Source: Paraspadella gotoi (taxonomy: Eukaryota > Animalia > Chaetognatha). From it: a stretch of 64,000 nt of DNA. Position 1 is the first letter of the stretch; each line of letters starts with the position of its first letter. The DNA lies in assembly GCA_051294375.1 (NCBI GenBank), contig CM119267.1, positions 4,173,260-4,237,259 on the forward strand, given 5' to 3'. Shown here one piece after another: positions 1 to 12,197 of the stretch. A program made the translations under genes and the position numbers. The notes beneath the pieces were generated by a model that was given only the letters and a program-made list of their open reading frames with translations, did no database searches and was not told where the DNA came from.

Positions 1-61
1 TGCCATTTATGAAAAAAAGCGGATTAATCCATTTCTGTTTTTTTCGTCCCTTTTTATTCTT

Positions 62-1019
62 TCACGAATCGATGTCCTTCAGGTCCCCTTGTGGCGAGAA
101 TCCGGCTTCTCTGAGTCTAATCTTCAACTCGTCGACCGAGGAGGCCTCCTCGAAAAACCTCTTGACCTTTTTTCCGTAGTCGTTTATTTGACTCTCCACT
201 CGACGTCGCAGATTCCCCAGTCGAGAATCTTCCTCGGCCTCAATCTCCGTAGTTCGAATCTCTTCGCTCCCGAGCTCTTTGTGAAGGTCCTCCCATCGCT
301 CGTAGATTGCCTTCAAGCAAGGCATTTCATCTCGCGATAGAAATTTGATTTGATGGTAGAAGCCGACTCTCGATTTCTGGCCGCGGGAAAAGTATGGTTC
401 CTCAGCTTAATATTTCCCTTAAATAGATTTGTGATTTTTCACCTTAGCCGCGATATCATTTAGTTCGAGGATCGTTGCCGTCATATCCGCCTGGTGTTTT
501 AAGATATTTTTCTTTTCTTTCTTCGTTTCGCCCAATGACTGGAATTGTGATATCATAAGTTAAAATCGGGATCCTCTTCGAAAAACGCACCATTTATACA
601 CTTGTCGGGACCTGCAATCTATTCGCCAGTCCTATCACGTTTTTCTCGTATTTTTTTCTAAAGTCGTTCTCCTGGTTTTTAAGTTCTTCCGAAATTTTGT
701 CAAACTTTCCGTCCTGGTAGAGAGCAGTTCAATTAAATATTAAAATTTTAAGTGTTATTAACTATTTAGCAAAGACCAGCTTCTTGACGATGTGCCAGTT
801 ATCGATAGAGTTGCGAAGAAATTCGGCTCCGGCTTTCCTCGCGCGCCCCTCGAGATCGTCGTAGACGTCGACGCATTGATCCTGAAGGCCGCGGGAGAGG
901 CGCTTACCCCCTCTCAGTCCGCTCACCGCCGAAGAGACGGCCGGATCCACTTTGATGGATTGCGTTGACGACGACAGCGACGACGTCGCCAGAATGGCGC
1001 CAAGAATCGCCGATATCAT
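62..1019 (-). CDS. Uncharacterised 4-exon protein (~250 aa), hydrophobic N-terminus, charged helical/coiled-coil body
   Basis: ORF pieces 1019-762 and 325-62 can be joined through two internal exons (DGKFDKISEELKNQE...; SLGETKKEKKNILKHQ...) using in-phase GT-AG junctions. N-terminus MISAILGAILATSSLS resembles a signal peptide. No family recognised. Confidence 0.55.
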
Positions 1020-1333
1020 CTTCTCTCACTTCATCTTGCGGAAGAAAAAAATTATTCGTCGAAAAATGCTAGAAAACATTCGAACGAAGACGATTTATTC
1101 TCGCTGTTGGAATCTGATGGAATTTAATTTTTTATCCGTTGCGTGTTCTTTGTCCAAACTCCGACATGTAACATGTTGCTAATTTTATTGGTTACTCAAT
1201 ACTCATAATCATTTTCTTTTTGACAGTGTTTCTCAACTCTAAAGCTTAAGCAATGACTCGCTTCATTCTTTTTTTGAAACTTCCTTGACCGCGCTTTAAT
1301 TCCCTTCCGCCGTCTTCCCCTCCCGCCCGAATA

Positions 1334-1356
1334 TCTCTCTCTCTCTCTCTCTCTCT
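1334..1356. repeat. (CT)n microsatellite between divergent genes
   Basis: tctctctc... run just upstream of the SHP2 ATG, in the ~350-bp gap between two head-to-head genes. Confidence 0.9.
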
Positions 1357-1370
1357 TTGACTGCGGCGCC

Positions 1371-3573
1371 ATGCGTTGGTTCCACCGCAACGTGACGGGG
1401 AAGGAGGCGGAACAGCTGCTCCTCGACCGTGGCGCCGACGGCTCCTTCCTCTGCCGTCCTTCCCACGCCACGCGCGGAGACTTCACGCTGTCCGTCCGGC
1501 GCCACGGCTCCGTCACTCACATCCGGATCCAAAACACCGGCGACTACTATGACTTGTACGCCGGAGAGAAGTTCGCGACTCTCGCCGAGTTGGTCCAGGT
1601 GCGGGGAAAAGCTCGTAAAATACATATATATTTAAAAAAATTAAAATAGGAAACAACTTTTGTTAGTTTAAAATAATAAAATTAAATTCTCAGCTTTTTT
1701 AGATGCATCCTCTACCTAAGTTATATATCCGATTTTGATAAAATATACAGAAAATTGGTATTTAATCTTTTTTTTCTATAATTTATATTATTTTTCCTTG
1801 TCGATGTTTTTAAATACGTAATTAAAGAGATTAAGCGAGAGACTCGAAGGCAAAGATTTTCCGAAAACTCCACCATGGTAAAAAAATTAGTAAAATAATC
1901 TCAAAGGAATGATAAGATTAACACTAAGAGAGCAAAACAAGGTGTGAATATTAGAATATTATTGAAATAAGTTTTGACGGATTTTTTAATTTATCCAGTA
2001 TTATATGGAAAATCGTGGGACTCTAAAGCAAAAATCCGGGGACGCCATCGACCTCATTTTCCCCTTCAATTCTGACGACCCGACGACGGAGCGATGGTTC
2101 CACGGTCACATCTCCGGTCGTGAGGCGGAGAAGATGTTGGAGACGGCGCGGAACGGTTCATACCTCGTGAGACAGAGTCAGAGCAAACCTGGCGACTACG
2201 TCCTCTCGGTCCGGTGCGAGGAGAAGGTCACCCACGTCATGATCCGGTGTCAAGACGCCAACTACGACATCGGAGGCGGGGAGAAATTCCCGTCGCTGGT
2301 GGCGCTCGTCGAGCATTACAAAAAGAACCCCATGGTGGAGACGAGCGGCTCCGTGGTGAATCTCAAGCAACCCTTCAACGCCACTCGCATCAAGGCCGCC
2401 GCCATCGACGCCCGCGTCGCCGAGCTCAAGAAAGAGAACGGGCATGGGGCGGGGAAGCGGGGATTCTGGGAAGAGTTCGAGTCGTTGCAGCAGAGGGTCG
2501 ACGCCAGTGACATTCCTCGCAAAGAGGGACAGAAACCGGAGAACAAAAACAAAAACAGATACAAGAACATCCTCCCGTTCGACGAGACTCGCGTCGTCCT
2601 CTTCGACGGCGACCCCAACATTCCGGGCAGCGACTACATCAATGCCAATCACATTCGTCCCCTCGACTACGCCACGCCCACCGCGCCGGCGACGCCGGAG
2701 GACGCCTTCGTCGGTAGCAACTGCGACGCCGTCAGCCTGGCCTCGACGCTCGGCCCCGTCGTCCCGCCGCACCGATGCTACATCGCGACTCAGGGTTGCC
2801 TGCAAGGGACGGTGACCGATTTTTGGCGGATGGTCTGGCAGGAAAACTCGCGGATCATCGTCATGACGACGAAGGAGGTGGAGCGAGGGAAGAACAAGTG
2901 CGTTCGATACTGGCCCGAGCAGCCGGGGGACATAAAAAAGTTTGGCAAGATCATCGTCGAGCACCGCAAAGAGACCCAGACGCCCGAGTACATCCTCCGA
3001 GAGTTTCAAGTTCACCGGGAGTCGGACGACGACGAAGGAGTCGGCGACGTTTCCCGCGTCGTCTGGCACTATCACTTTCGCGTGTGGCCCGATCACGGCG
3101 TTCCTTCTGACCCCGGCGGGGTTCTCGGCTTCTTGGTTGACGTGAGCGCCCGGCAAGCGGCCATCGCGGACGCCGGGCCCGTCGTGGTCCACTGTTCGGC
3201 CGGGATTGGCCGGACTGGAACCTTCATCGTCATCGACATGATCATCCAGCGCATCAACCAGTTCGGACTCGACTGCGAGTTCGACATTCAGAAAACCATT
3301 CACATGATCCGACTCCAGCGATCGGGAATGGTGCAGACCGAAGCGCAGTATCAATTTATCTACATCGCAGTGAGCCAGTACATCGACACCTTCAAGTCGA
3401 GGATGTTGGCCGGGGCCAAGAGCCTCCGCGACTACACGAACATCCGTTACGCCGTCCAGGAACTTCCTTCCAACTCCCCCTCTGTTCAACGGGAGGCGCA
3501 GCAAAACCAAAAAAATTCCGCCGCCGCCGCCGCCGCCGACTGCAACCTCAGTGCCACTTACCAGAATCTTTAG
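1371..3573 (+). CDS. PTPN11: SH2-domain protein tyrosine phosphatase SHP2/corkscrew (2 exons: 1371-1598, 1999-3573)
   Basis: Two SH2 domains (MRWFH...; ERWFHG...), PTP domain with [16 protein letters not shown] and [10 protein letters not shown], and tail motif DYTNI. Phase-0 GT-AG intron 1599-1998. Confidence 0.95.
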
Positions 3574-4386
3574 CTTTAAAAAAAAATACAAACATTATCC
3601 AATCGCAGATTTTGCATTAAGAGTTGTTTTTCAGAAACAAAAAAATATAGTGTATTATTGTTATTGGATGTAACAGGTATCCTGTCACAAACTCATTGGC
3701 AATGTAGCAGTGACTAAACATACGCTTAATCTTCTTGTTAGTTTTGACTCGCTTCGTTTAGTAGGAAGCAGCTAGGTAATTGTTAAGATGACACTGTCTT
3801 GTTTTCCATCACAACATTTATTCTACTACGTATCTGTCTTTGTCGTAACTGACTTTCCGCATTTTGAATTTTCGATAGAAATGCTCAGAAAATGTTTAGC
3901 CTGTCTTAACTATTCTGTCTAGTCAGCGAAAAACTGTGGCACTTCTCTTTGGCTTTCCGTCTCTTGTTTCAGTTTTGAGCCGATTTTCTTAATTTTACCG
4001 GAATTTAAAATCTATAAAAGGGTGGAGGGATGGGGTTGACTTAAGGGCTCGCCAATGGAAACTATGCTAAAATATCCTCCTCTTTTATCCACTTTTTGCT
4101 TCGCTCTGTTTCCGCCGGAAGCGAAACGTAACGCGTGAGACACGGCCCGTTTCTCTCCCTACTGTCGGCCGTGGGCTACCTTTTTCTGCAGTCTTTCTTT
4201 CCCTCTATGCACAGTTTTTCACCGAGTTTTTATACTATAGTGTACGTTATACACAGTTATTGTGGCTTCACTGGAGTTTTTTATTTTAATGAAAGCCCCA
4301 TTTTTTAAAAGCCACTATTTTTTAATCCACTTATTCCAGGATCGCTGACGTTAACAACGCGATGAGATTTTTATTCCGGACATAAG

Positions 4387-5994
4387 ATGAATCGCGTAAA
4401 ATTGATTTCGCTATTGATGCCAGTTTTAGCAGCGACGGTGTTTTTATGGTTCAAGAGGAGGAAGAAAAAATCCATTACCGCTCCCAGTAAGCAAAGTTCA
4501 ATTCGGCTTTGAATATAGTAGTTTTAAAAATTGATTTTCATTTATGATAAAACAAAATCTATAGAGACGACGTCCGACCCGGGAGAGACAAACGACGATG
4601 AAACTCTCAAAATTTCCAACGAATCTCCGTCTGATCCATCGAACCAGAACGATTCCGCCGCAGTCGCCGACGATTGCTTTTCTCACGTGTCGTCAAGTTT
4701 CGAAAAAATACTGGTCTGCTCGGACGACGCTGACAGCGGCACGCATAGTTCTTCCACTCCGCCTTTGGACCCAGAACTGGAATCAGAGAACGGGTGTAGA
4801 GATGCTCAGGAAGAAGCCGAAGCCGACCCGATCAGGATCCGTCATCGCTCGAAACGGCGTCAACGAGACAGCGCTTCCACCTCCATCACTTCCAACGGAA
4901 GCGACTGCGAAAACTGGCGCGAAAACATGGGCCGTCATTGGGAGCCGTTGGACAAACAGCTGGCGCCGAAGAATCACATCGACGATTATCATCCGAACAG
5001 CGCCACCTTACGAGCGGCGACCGCAAATCCTGATCGACCCACCACCTACGAGTTTGAATTTCCCTCCGAGCTCTGCGGACGACTCATCGGTAGAGGGGGA
5101 CGCAATCTCTACCAGCTCATGTCAGAGACGAATACGCAGTTGGCCGTTCGCAAGCAGACGCTGCGACCGGATCGTCAGATCGTTACCGTGCAGGGACGTC
5201 ACGCCGACGTCCAAAGGTTGCTGCAAAACGTACGTCTTAAGTTTCCAAAGCATCATTACGCCCACGTGGACTTGCGCCCGGTCAACCTCCCACCGCCGGT
5301 GCAACTCACCGCGCCGGATTTGATGAACCTTTATCTTCCGGACGGGACCGCGATAGACGTCTCCGCCACCGCCGTCGTTTCCGCCGGTCACCTCTTTCTC
5401 CACTTGCCGACCCATCCTACTTACCCTAATCTCCCGAGGCTGGACGCCTGCATGATGGCCTGTTACGGCGCTCCAGGCGCCCCTCAGTTACCCGTGCCGG
5501 TCGAGCCCTTTGTTATTTGCGCGGCGCCCGAGTCGGGCGGGTGGTTCAGAGCGCAAGTGGTCACGACTGAAGGATCGGGCAACGGTTTGGAGGGTATTGC
5601 CCAAATAAGGTTCGTCGATTACGGTGGCTACGCCTCCATGCCCATCGCAGATCTACGCCAGATTCGTTCAGACTTCATCATGCTGCCCTTTCAAGCCGTC
5701 GAGTGTTACATGGCCAATTTGGCGGCGCCCGGCGGGGGTCACGATTACCCGGCCATTGGGATCCACCGTCTCGCCGAGATGACCAAGAACGCCCTGCTGC
5801 AGGCCGAGGTCGTTGGTTACGCTGAGGATGGCGTTCCTTGCGTCAATCTCTACAAGCGAGAAGTGGACGAGACACGAACGTTTATCAACGAGGCTCTGGT
5901 TTCCGCTGGAGTCGCCGTTTGGTTCGAACAGAATTCCCACGGAGTTGCCGCCGTCGCTTCTTCTGAAAATTCTTTGGGGAAAGAGATGATGTGA
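4387..5994 (+). CDS. AKAP1: A-kinase anchor protein 1-like (mitochondrial signal anchor, KH, Tudor); exons 4387-4486, 4565-5994
   Basis: First exon MNRVKLISLLMPVLAATVFLWFKRRKKK is a signal anchor. KH GxxG loop (GRLIGRGG), Tudor domain (WFRAQV...FVDYGG) and LRQIRSDF...LPFQAVECY match the AKAP1/spoonbill family. Confidence 0.9.
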
Positions 5995-6785
5995 TCAAAT
6001 GAAACTGTCGCTTTGCGGCCCTTGCCCTTTTGTTTGTTTGTGGTTTTTTTTTTCTATTAGTTTTCAGGATAGTTGATAAGTTTTATCATCTATTTTCTTC
6101 AAGAATGGTCTTGATTTCCTTATTCATCATGTTTTATAGAAAATTTCGGCGTAAATTGTCTTAAAATTAAGCTCATTCTTTCTGATTTTGATTGTATGAA
6201 CAAGATGTATTTGTTTTTCTAAGTTAGAAAGATATCTTTCAAAGATGTAGCATTTTCTTCTTTGTGAAGTTATTAAATACATTAAATACAAACTTTGTAG
6301 TTCATTTCTGTTATTTTTACTCACTAATTATTGCCGTAACAATTTTCTGTATTAACGAATCTAAGAGTTCGTTTTAAATATAAATTCCCTCGTCACTCAC
6401 ACCAATTTACGCCTTGTTGCAAGCTTTCCGAATTGCCATAAGTGAACAGTTTTGGCGTCGGATTGGGGTTAATATATATAACTATATCTTTAACATAGTC
6501 GGAATTTTCTTCTATTGTGTCACTTTACACCCACAAAACGCATCTTTATTGCGTTTTATTACTTCACTTCTTAATATTGTTTTTTATTTTATAGCTACAT
6601 TTTTCTTCTTTTTAGCCTGCTGAGTGCTTATTCTCATGTGCTCTGTTTGTGTAATAAGTTTGGTTATCATTATTTCGATTTAATTATTTTGCAAGATTGT
6701 AAGATTGCGAGATAAGTTTTTTCAATTGACTTACTAAATAAAAATAGCTAGATAATCACCCTCAATCTTCTATCAATCCGTTGCC

Positions 6786-8049
6786 ATGGATGGCGATAAA
6801 ACCGAAGCAGCGATAAGCGATTTCTCTAACGACTCTTCTTCTTCTTCTTCATCATCATCGTCATCGAATTCATCGTCTTCGCCGTCAGCAATTTCGATAA
6901 CTCGATCGCCGACTGCTCGCCGATCGACTTCTCCTCCTCCTGTTCGTAACGTTCCCTCCTCTTCTCAGCCCTCTTTCCACGTGGGCGACGTGGTCATGGC
7001 CAAGCTGGACGCCTACCTGTTTTGGCCCGGAATGGTCACCTTCGACCCAGAAAAGTACGTCCACCAAGGATTCGGCAAAGTTCACGTCTCTTTCTTCGAC
7101 GAGCCGCCGTCCCGCGGTTGGGCCCCGATCGAACGCACCTTCCCTTTCACTTCTCCCGACGATGCGGAGGCACTGTTGGTGCCCGACGAGCCGAAGATGC
7201 CGACTTCTATGGAGCTCGTATGGAAGCGGTTCGTGGGCGTCGCGGCCGAAGCGGCCCGCTTGGCCGTTGAAGAGAGGATCGAAAAATACCTCGAGCTTCA
7301 AGAGTTTTCCCCGCCCAATTCAGATGACGAATCAGAAAACCCGACTGGGGGTTTCCGCTGGGTCGTTGAGGGAAGATTGCGTAATATGGCATATTTTTCT
7401 CTTAATTATGAGGCTGATAAACCGAGTTTTCTGATTCAATAACGACGACCCTTCGGAAATCTTCTTTGCCTTATCTTCGACAGCCGCTCATTCCTTTCCC
7501 GTGGGCTCCATCGTTTTAGCCAAGATGCGCGGTTACCCATATTGGCCAGGGATCGTCAGCCTCGATCCATTGCGCCAACGCCACGTCGTTTCTAATTCCA
7601 TTCACGTTCATTTTCTCGGAAATCCCATCGTACGCGGCTGGGCTTCTATTAAAGGATTGCACCACTTCTTTGGTCGCTCCAGTCAACTCTATGACTTAGG
7701 TTCGATGGCAGACTGAATGGGTCTGAATGTGTATCTATCTTTAAGTAAATCTGGTATGGGTAAGAGAAAACGTATGTGTTACTAACAAACTCTGTCTTGA
7801 TTATGTCTTTTGAAACCTGTGCGCTATCGAACCTATCGTCCCTCTCCAGTTGAACCTGAGTTTCGAAAGGATGGAGCACTAAAGGCCAGTTTGAAAATGG
7901 CAAAAGAGGCGCTGAAGGAAAACAGATCGGAAAGACTCGTCAAATATGTTCTTCAGGAGATCGGCAACGGAAGAGATAAGCATCAATTTGATGAAATTCA
8001 TGATCGAATCAATCGAGAGGAGGACTGGGAAAAGGAGTTGGAAGAATAA
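6786..8049 (+). CDS. Tandem PWWP-domain protein (3 exons; may continue into 8173-11400)
   Basis: Two PWWP-like repeats: VGDVVMAKLDAYLFWPGMV...HVSFF...RGW and VGSIVLAKMRGYPYWPGIV...HVHFL...RGW, joined by phase-1 GT-AG introns. Confidence 0.75.
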
Positions 8050-8172
8050 ATCGCGTATATTTAATGACAATTTGTAAAATAATTCTATATAACTAAGATG
8101 ATTTCGTTTTTGATCATGTTTTAATGTCTTTTCAATGTCTTTCTTGCAGAAAATTGTCTTTTTCGATCGAAA

Positions 8173-11100
8173 ATGAGCGATAAACGTACTTTTCCCTTTG
8201 GGACAACTGTTAGCGAAAGAATCTTCAAACTTTCCAATCATTCAAACAGCATCTTTGCTTCGAATCCGGATGTGCAGACAATTGGTCAAGATCATGACAA
8301 TACCCTTACGAAGACTAAGGAAAGCCCTCATCCCGTTAGTAAAAGCTCGAGCCAAACTTGCGAAGTCAACCCTAGCTATCAAGTCCATAAAGAGATTCGA
8401 ACTGTAACATTCGGGAGCGAAACTGACGAAGAAAAACTGCGAAAAAAGCGGGAAGAGTTTTTTAAAGAAATGGAGATTAAAAAATGGCAGGAACAAGAGG
8501 AGGATCGCTGGAAGGAATTGGAAAGGCGTCAGGTGGGGGAAGAGGAGTGGATACGAAGGGAGGAAGAGCGCGAGATCGAGCGTTTGCGACTGGAGGAGGA
8601 GGAAGAGAAGAGACTCATGAACGAGACGGAAACGAACGCAGAGACTCCTCGCGGAAAGCGTCTTCGATCCAAGGAGGAACGTCGGGGATTCGATGAAGAT
8701 GGTCAACCGGAGAAGAAGAGGAAGATAGAGGGTGTCGTTAGAAAAGATTGCCATGTCGCTGAGGGACGGCGTGCGAGCGACCCGGAGACGAGACATCGAC
8801 AGCTTATGACGCAACTGGAAGACAAAATAAGAATTTTTCGGGAAAAAGAGCTAAAAATTATCGGTGGTGATTTAGGAGAGACCTCTGGTTCGCAAATTTC
8901 ACAAGAGTTGATCAACAACTGGAGAAACGACAGCAATCCATATAGTAACGATGTATTTTTAAGTCGAGAAACTTTTACCGAAGAATCAAAAGAGTTTGAG
9001 GAAAGAGCGAAAAGACTGGACACATCGGGATCGAAGATATTGAAATTAAACTTTGCAGACGATGATCACGATGAACTTTGGGCTCGAAGGCGACAAAGGG
9101 ATCAGGAGATACAGGAGAGACTCGCGAAGATTAAGGAAAATATGGCGCGAGAGCAAGAAGACAAAAAGAAAGCAGAAATGTACCGAGGAGAAATGGAAAT
9201 GACTCGATTGAGAGTGGAAAGAGCTGAAGAACTCTGTAGGCAGATGGAATTGCAAATGAATCAACAAGAAAAGTTGAAACGACAGGAAATTTTGGGTGTA
9301 GAGACAAAAGAAGAGATACTGAGGAGAACAGCGATGGAGATTTTGGAGAAGAAAAGTAAATTTGCGGAAGAAAGTCAAAAGGAAATGGAAAAAGAGCAGA
9401 AAAAAATACGGAGACGACAGGAAATTGAAAGAAATACAAAAGAAGAATTGCTAAGAAGAACGGCGTTAGAAATTTTGGAGCAGAAAAGTGAATTGGCGGA
9501 GGAATGTCAGAAGGAAATGGAAAAAGGGAAAAAAGAAGTAAAAGAAAAATTACATAGAGTTGTTAAAGAGGATCAATTTGAAAAAATATGGAATAAACAG
9601 TTACGTTTGTCGGATAATTTCACGACCGAAGGTAATACAATAATGGGAAAAGTAGGAAAAGATGAGGAAGCCGGACGTCATAATGAAAAACCAGACAAAC
9701 CGAGGGAGAAAAATGAACTTCAAAAAAAAACTGATCTGAAACACTTTATGGAAGATTATTTTATCGAGAGAAGAAAGAAATTAGAAAAAAGTAATAAAGA
9801 TCATGAAAAACTACTAAAATATGACAGATATTATTCCCAAGAAAAATATTTTGAAGAAGGAGAAAGGAAAAAAAACGAAAAATTTTGTGGGCAAGACGAA
9901 AAAACTTTCTGTGAAAAAGAAAAAACGAGGGGAAAAGAGTACACTCCAGACTTACAGATAAGTAAAATAAAATTGGAAAAATGTTATGAGAGATATGAAC
10001 CAGAAGTAAAAAATTGTAATAATTATTTACAAGATAAAGTGAATGAAAAGCAAAAAGAGTCATTTAAAAAAGATCCATGCGAACGAAAAAATAATTATCA
10101 TCAGAGTGGAAATGCAAATTTGAAGAAAGAAATTCAAACTCAAGTCCGAAATCAAGAAGTAGAACTAAAAAACTTGATAAAAGACTATCTAAGAGAGAGA
10201 GAAAAGAAAAAAGAAAGAAATTCTGAAGACGAAAAACAAGGACACGGCTACCCAAGAAAAAAATTGCGAAAGGCTGAAAATGAGGAAATGAGGAAATTGT
10301 TGCCTGAACACTATTCTGACGATGAACAATGGAATATTCGTGAAGAAAATGGAAATAAAAACCGTTTAACCGCCGTAGACGGCAAAGATCTATCTGTGAA
10401 GGAAGAAAAGGAAATGAGCGAGAAAGAGCTTATTGATAGCCCGAAACGAAGGAAAGACGACTCACAAAACAGTGAAATCCAAAACTTAATACACGATTAT
10501 TTGCACGAAAAGGGAAAAATTGAAAATATTAAAGAAAAATTTAAACGTCTGTTCGAGAATGAGAAACCAGTAACCGAAAAAAGATTAGACGAAAAAGAAA
10601 AATTAATTTTAAAAAGAGGCGAAAAGATAGAAAAGAAAGTGGATAAAGTTAACCTAGAAAAAAGACAAGAAAAAAATGAAGAAGGGTTTATTAAAAACGA
10701 TAAATTAAAGTCTAATGATGAAGATTATATAAACCTAGAAAGGCAACGAAAAAAAAATAAGGAAGAAAGGGATAAACACGAAAAACCATCTCATGGATAT
10801 GAAGAAAAATGGCGCCAGAAAATAAAAGGCGAAATATTCGACAAAAATAGGAAACGCTTCTTCGAAGATCAACAGAGAATAGGGAGTAGCCGGAGTGCAT
10901 CAGCTGAGAAGGAAAGGCGACAACGGGAGTCAAAAGTTTATCATAGTGGGGACAAAAGAACGATGAGGGAAGAAAGTAACACTAAGGATCGAAAACTATC
11001 TTTAGATAAGGGGGAAAATTTGAAAAAGAGAGGAAAAAATACTGAAGAGAAAAGAAGTAAAGATTTTTGGAAACCTATGGACGAAAAACAATTAGAAGAT

Positions 11101-11400
11101 AAAAAGACTCATAAATTGCATAACGAAGAAGAAAAAAAAGAGGAAGAAGAAGAAGAATCCATTCCATTGGATGTCCTCGAGTACATGAGAACGATTTCTG
11201 GAGAGGATGAAGACATTGTGAGACGTATAGAAAAGCTTACTAATAAAGTTCCGAAGGTTCACGACAACGATTGTTCGGTTCTGACTTGTATAAAGCCCAT
11301 CTCCTTTTCAATTGCTTCCAAACCAAAAAAAAACTTGTCAATCGAGAACGAACATTTCAAAGAAGAGGAAATAAAACCGAAATTGAAAAAAAAAACCTAA
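8173..11400 (+). CDS. 1075-aa E/K/R-rich low-complexity coiled-coil ORF
   Basis: 3.2-kb uninterrupted purine-rich ORF preceded by acceptor ttcttgcAG (8148-8149). Internal 44-aa tandem repeat. No domain recognised. Confidence 0.7.
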   Translation: MSDKRTFPFGTTVSERIFKLSNHSNSIFASNPDVQTIGQDHDNTLTKTKESPHPVSKSSSQTCEVNPSYQVHKEIRTVTFGSETDEEKLRKKREEFFKEMEIKKWQEQEEDRWKELERRQVGEEEWIRREEEREIERLRLEEEEEKRLMNETETNAETPRGKRLRSKEERRGFDEDGQPEKKRKIEGVVRKDCHVAEGRRASDPETRHRQLMTQLEDKIRIFREKELKIIGGDLGETSGSQISQELINNWRNDSNPYSNDVFLSRETFTEESKEFEERAKRLDTSGSKILKLNFADDDHDELWARRRQRDQEIQERLAKIKENMAREQEDKKKAEMYRGEMEMTRLRVERAEELCRQMELQMNQQEKLKRQEILGVETKEEILRRTAMEILEKKSKFAEESQKEMEKEQKKIRRRQEIERNTKEELLRRTALEILEQKSELAEECQKEMEKGKKEVKEKLHRVVKEDQFEKIWNKQLRLSDNFTTEGNTIMGKVGKDEEAGRHNEKPDKPREKNELQKKTDLKHFMEDYFIERRKKLEKSNKDHEKLLKYDRYYSQEKYFEEGERKKNEKFCGQDEKTFCEKEKTRGKEYTPDLQISKIKLEKCYERYEPEVKNCNNYLQDKVNEKQKESFKKDPCERKNNYHQSGNANLKKEIQTQVRNQEVELKNLIKDYLREREKKKERNSEDEKQGHGYPRKKLRKAENEEMRKLLPEHYSDDEQWNIREENGNKNRLTAVDGKDLSVKEEKEMSEKELIDSPKRRKDDSQNSEIQNLIHDYLHEKGKIENIKEKFKRLFENEKPVTEKRLDEKEKLILKRGEKIEKKVDKVNLEKRQEKNEEGFIKNDKLKSNDEDYINLERQRKKNKEERDKHEKPSHGYEEKWRQKIKGEIFDKNRKRFFEDQQRIGSSRSASAEKERRQRESKVYHSGDKRTMREESNTKDRKLSLDKGENLKKRGKNTEEKRSKDFWKPMDEKQLEDKKTHKLHNEEEKKEEEEEESIPLDVLEYMRTISGEDEDIVRRIEKLTNKVPKVHDNDCSVLTCIKPISFSIASKPKKNLSIENEHFKEEEIKPKLKKKT

Positions 11401-12197
11401 ATATCGAAATAATAGGAATAACAAATAATCAGATGGGGCAGATAATCAGATTCAAACATCGTGTCGTAAACAATTCCTGCCACACCGAATAGTTTTTTTC
11501 AAATTACTTGACAATCTCCATTTACGAATTACGTTTTTTTTTTGTCCTATCGGTATTACTTATTTTTGTTTTATCCTGGATTCGTGGTAGATACGTAATA
11601 CGTACGCATTACGTAATGAAGTCAAATCGTTTTTGAGTTTCCTCTGTTCGTCCGAAAAAGATGTGATGCGATTTTCAATGTAAAACTTGATTCGAATGAG
11701 TTTTCGCACCCGAGCTGTGATATATCGTCGGCATCTTCTCTGGGCAATCTCTACCAGAAAATTGACCGACTTTTCAGGCATTTAAATTGTTTAATTATGT
11801 TGAATTATTTATTGTTTTTAAAACAATTGCATATTTTTTTGTTTGCCCTTCAGAAAAAATCTATCATCTAATACTGTAAAAACGCACAATTTAACTTGAA
11901 GTTAACTAGCGAAACAAACAATTTTTCATTAAATCAAAGACTTTATTGCTTGAAAGACGTTTGGACGTTATTTTTTATTCGTTAATATTTATTTTATCTT
12001 CTCTAATGTTTTCGGTTGTTAGTGGGGGTCAAAGAAATTAAATATTATTTTAAAATTCATTTGATATCCGTTCAGATTGTTTTAACGAATAATCCTGAGC
12101 ATAAATTTACATTTCATGTTTTCGTTCTGCGAGATGATCTCCGCATCGAGTTATCGCAGTGTTTTGATCATCCGATCATGGATCATATCGCTTAAAA

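Noticed and set aside
2158-3591. 477-aa antisense ORF over SHP2, and similar antisense ORFs over YME1L1, USP25 and SEC14L1
   Set aside because: Shadow frames caused by GC-rich codon usage. No recognisable motifs.
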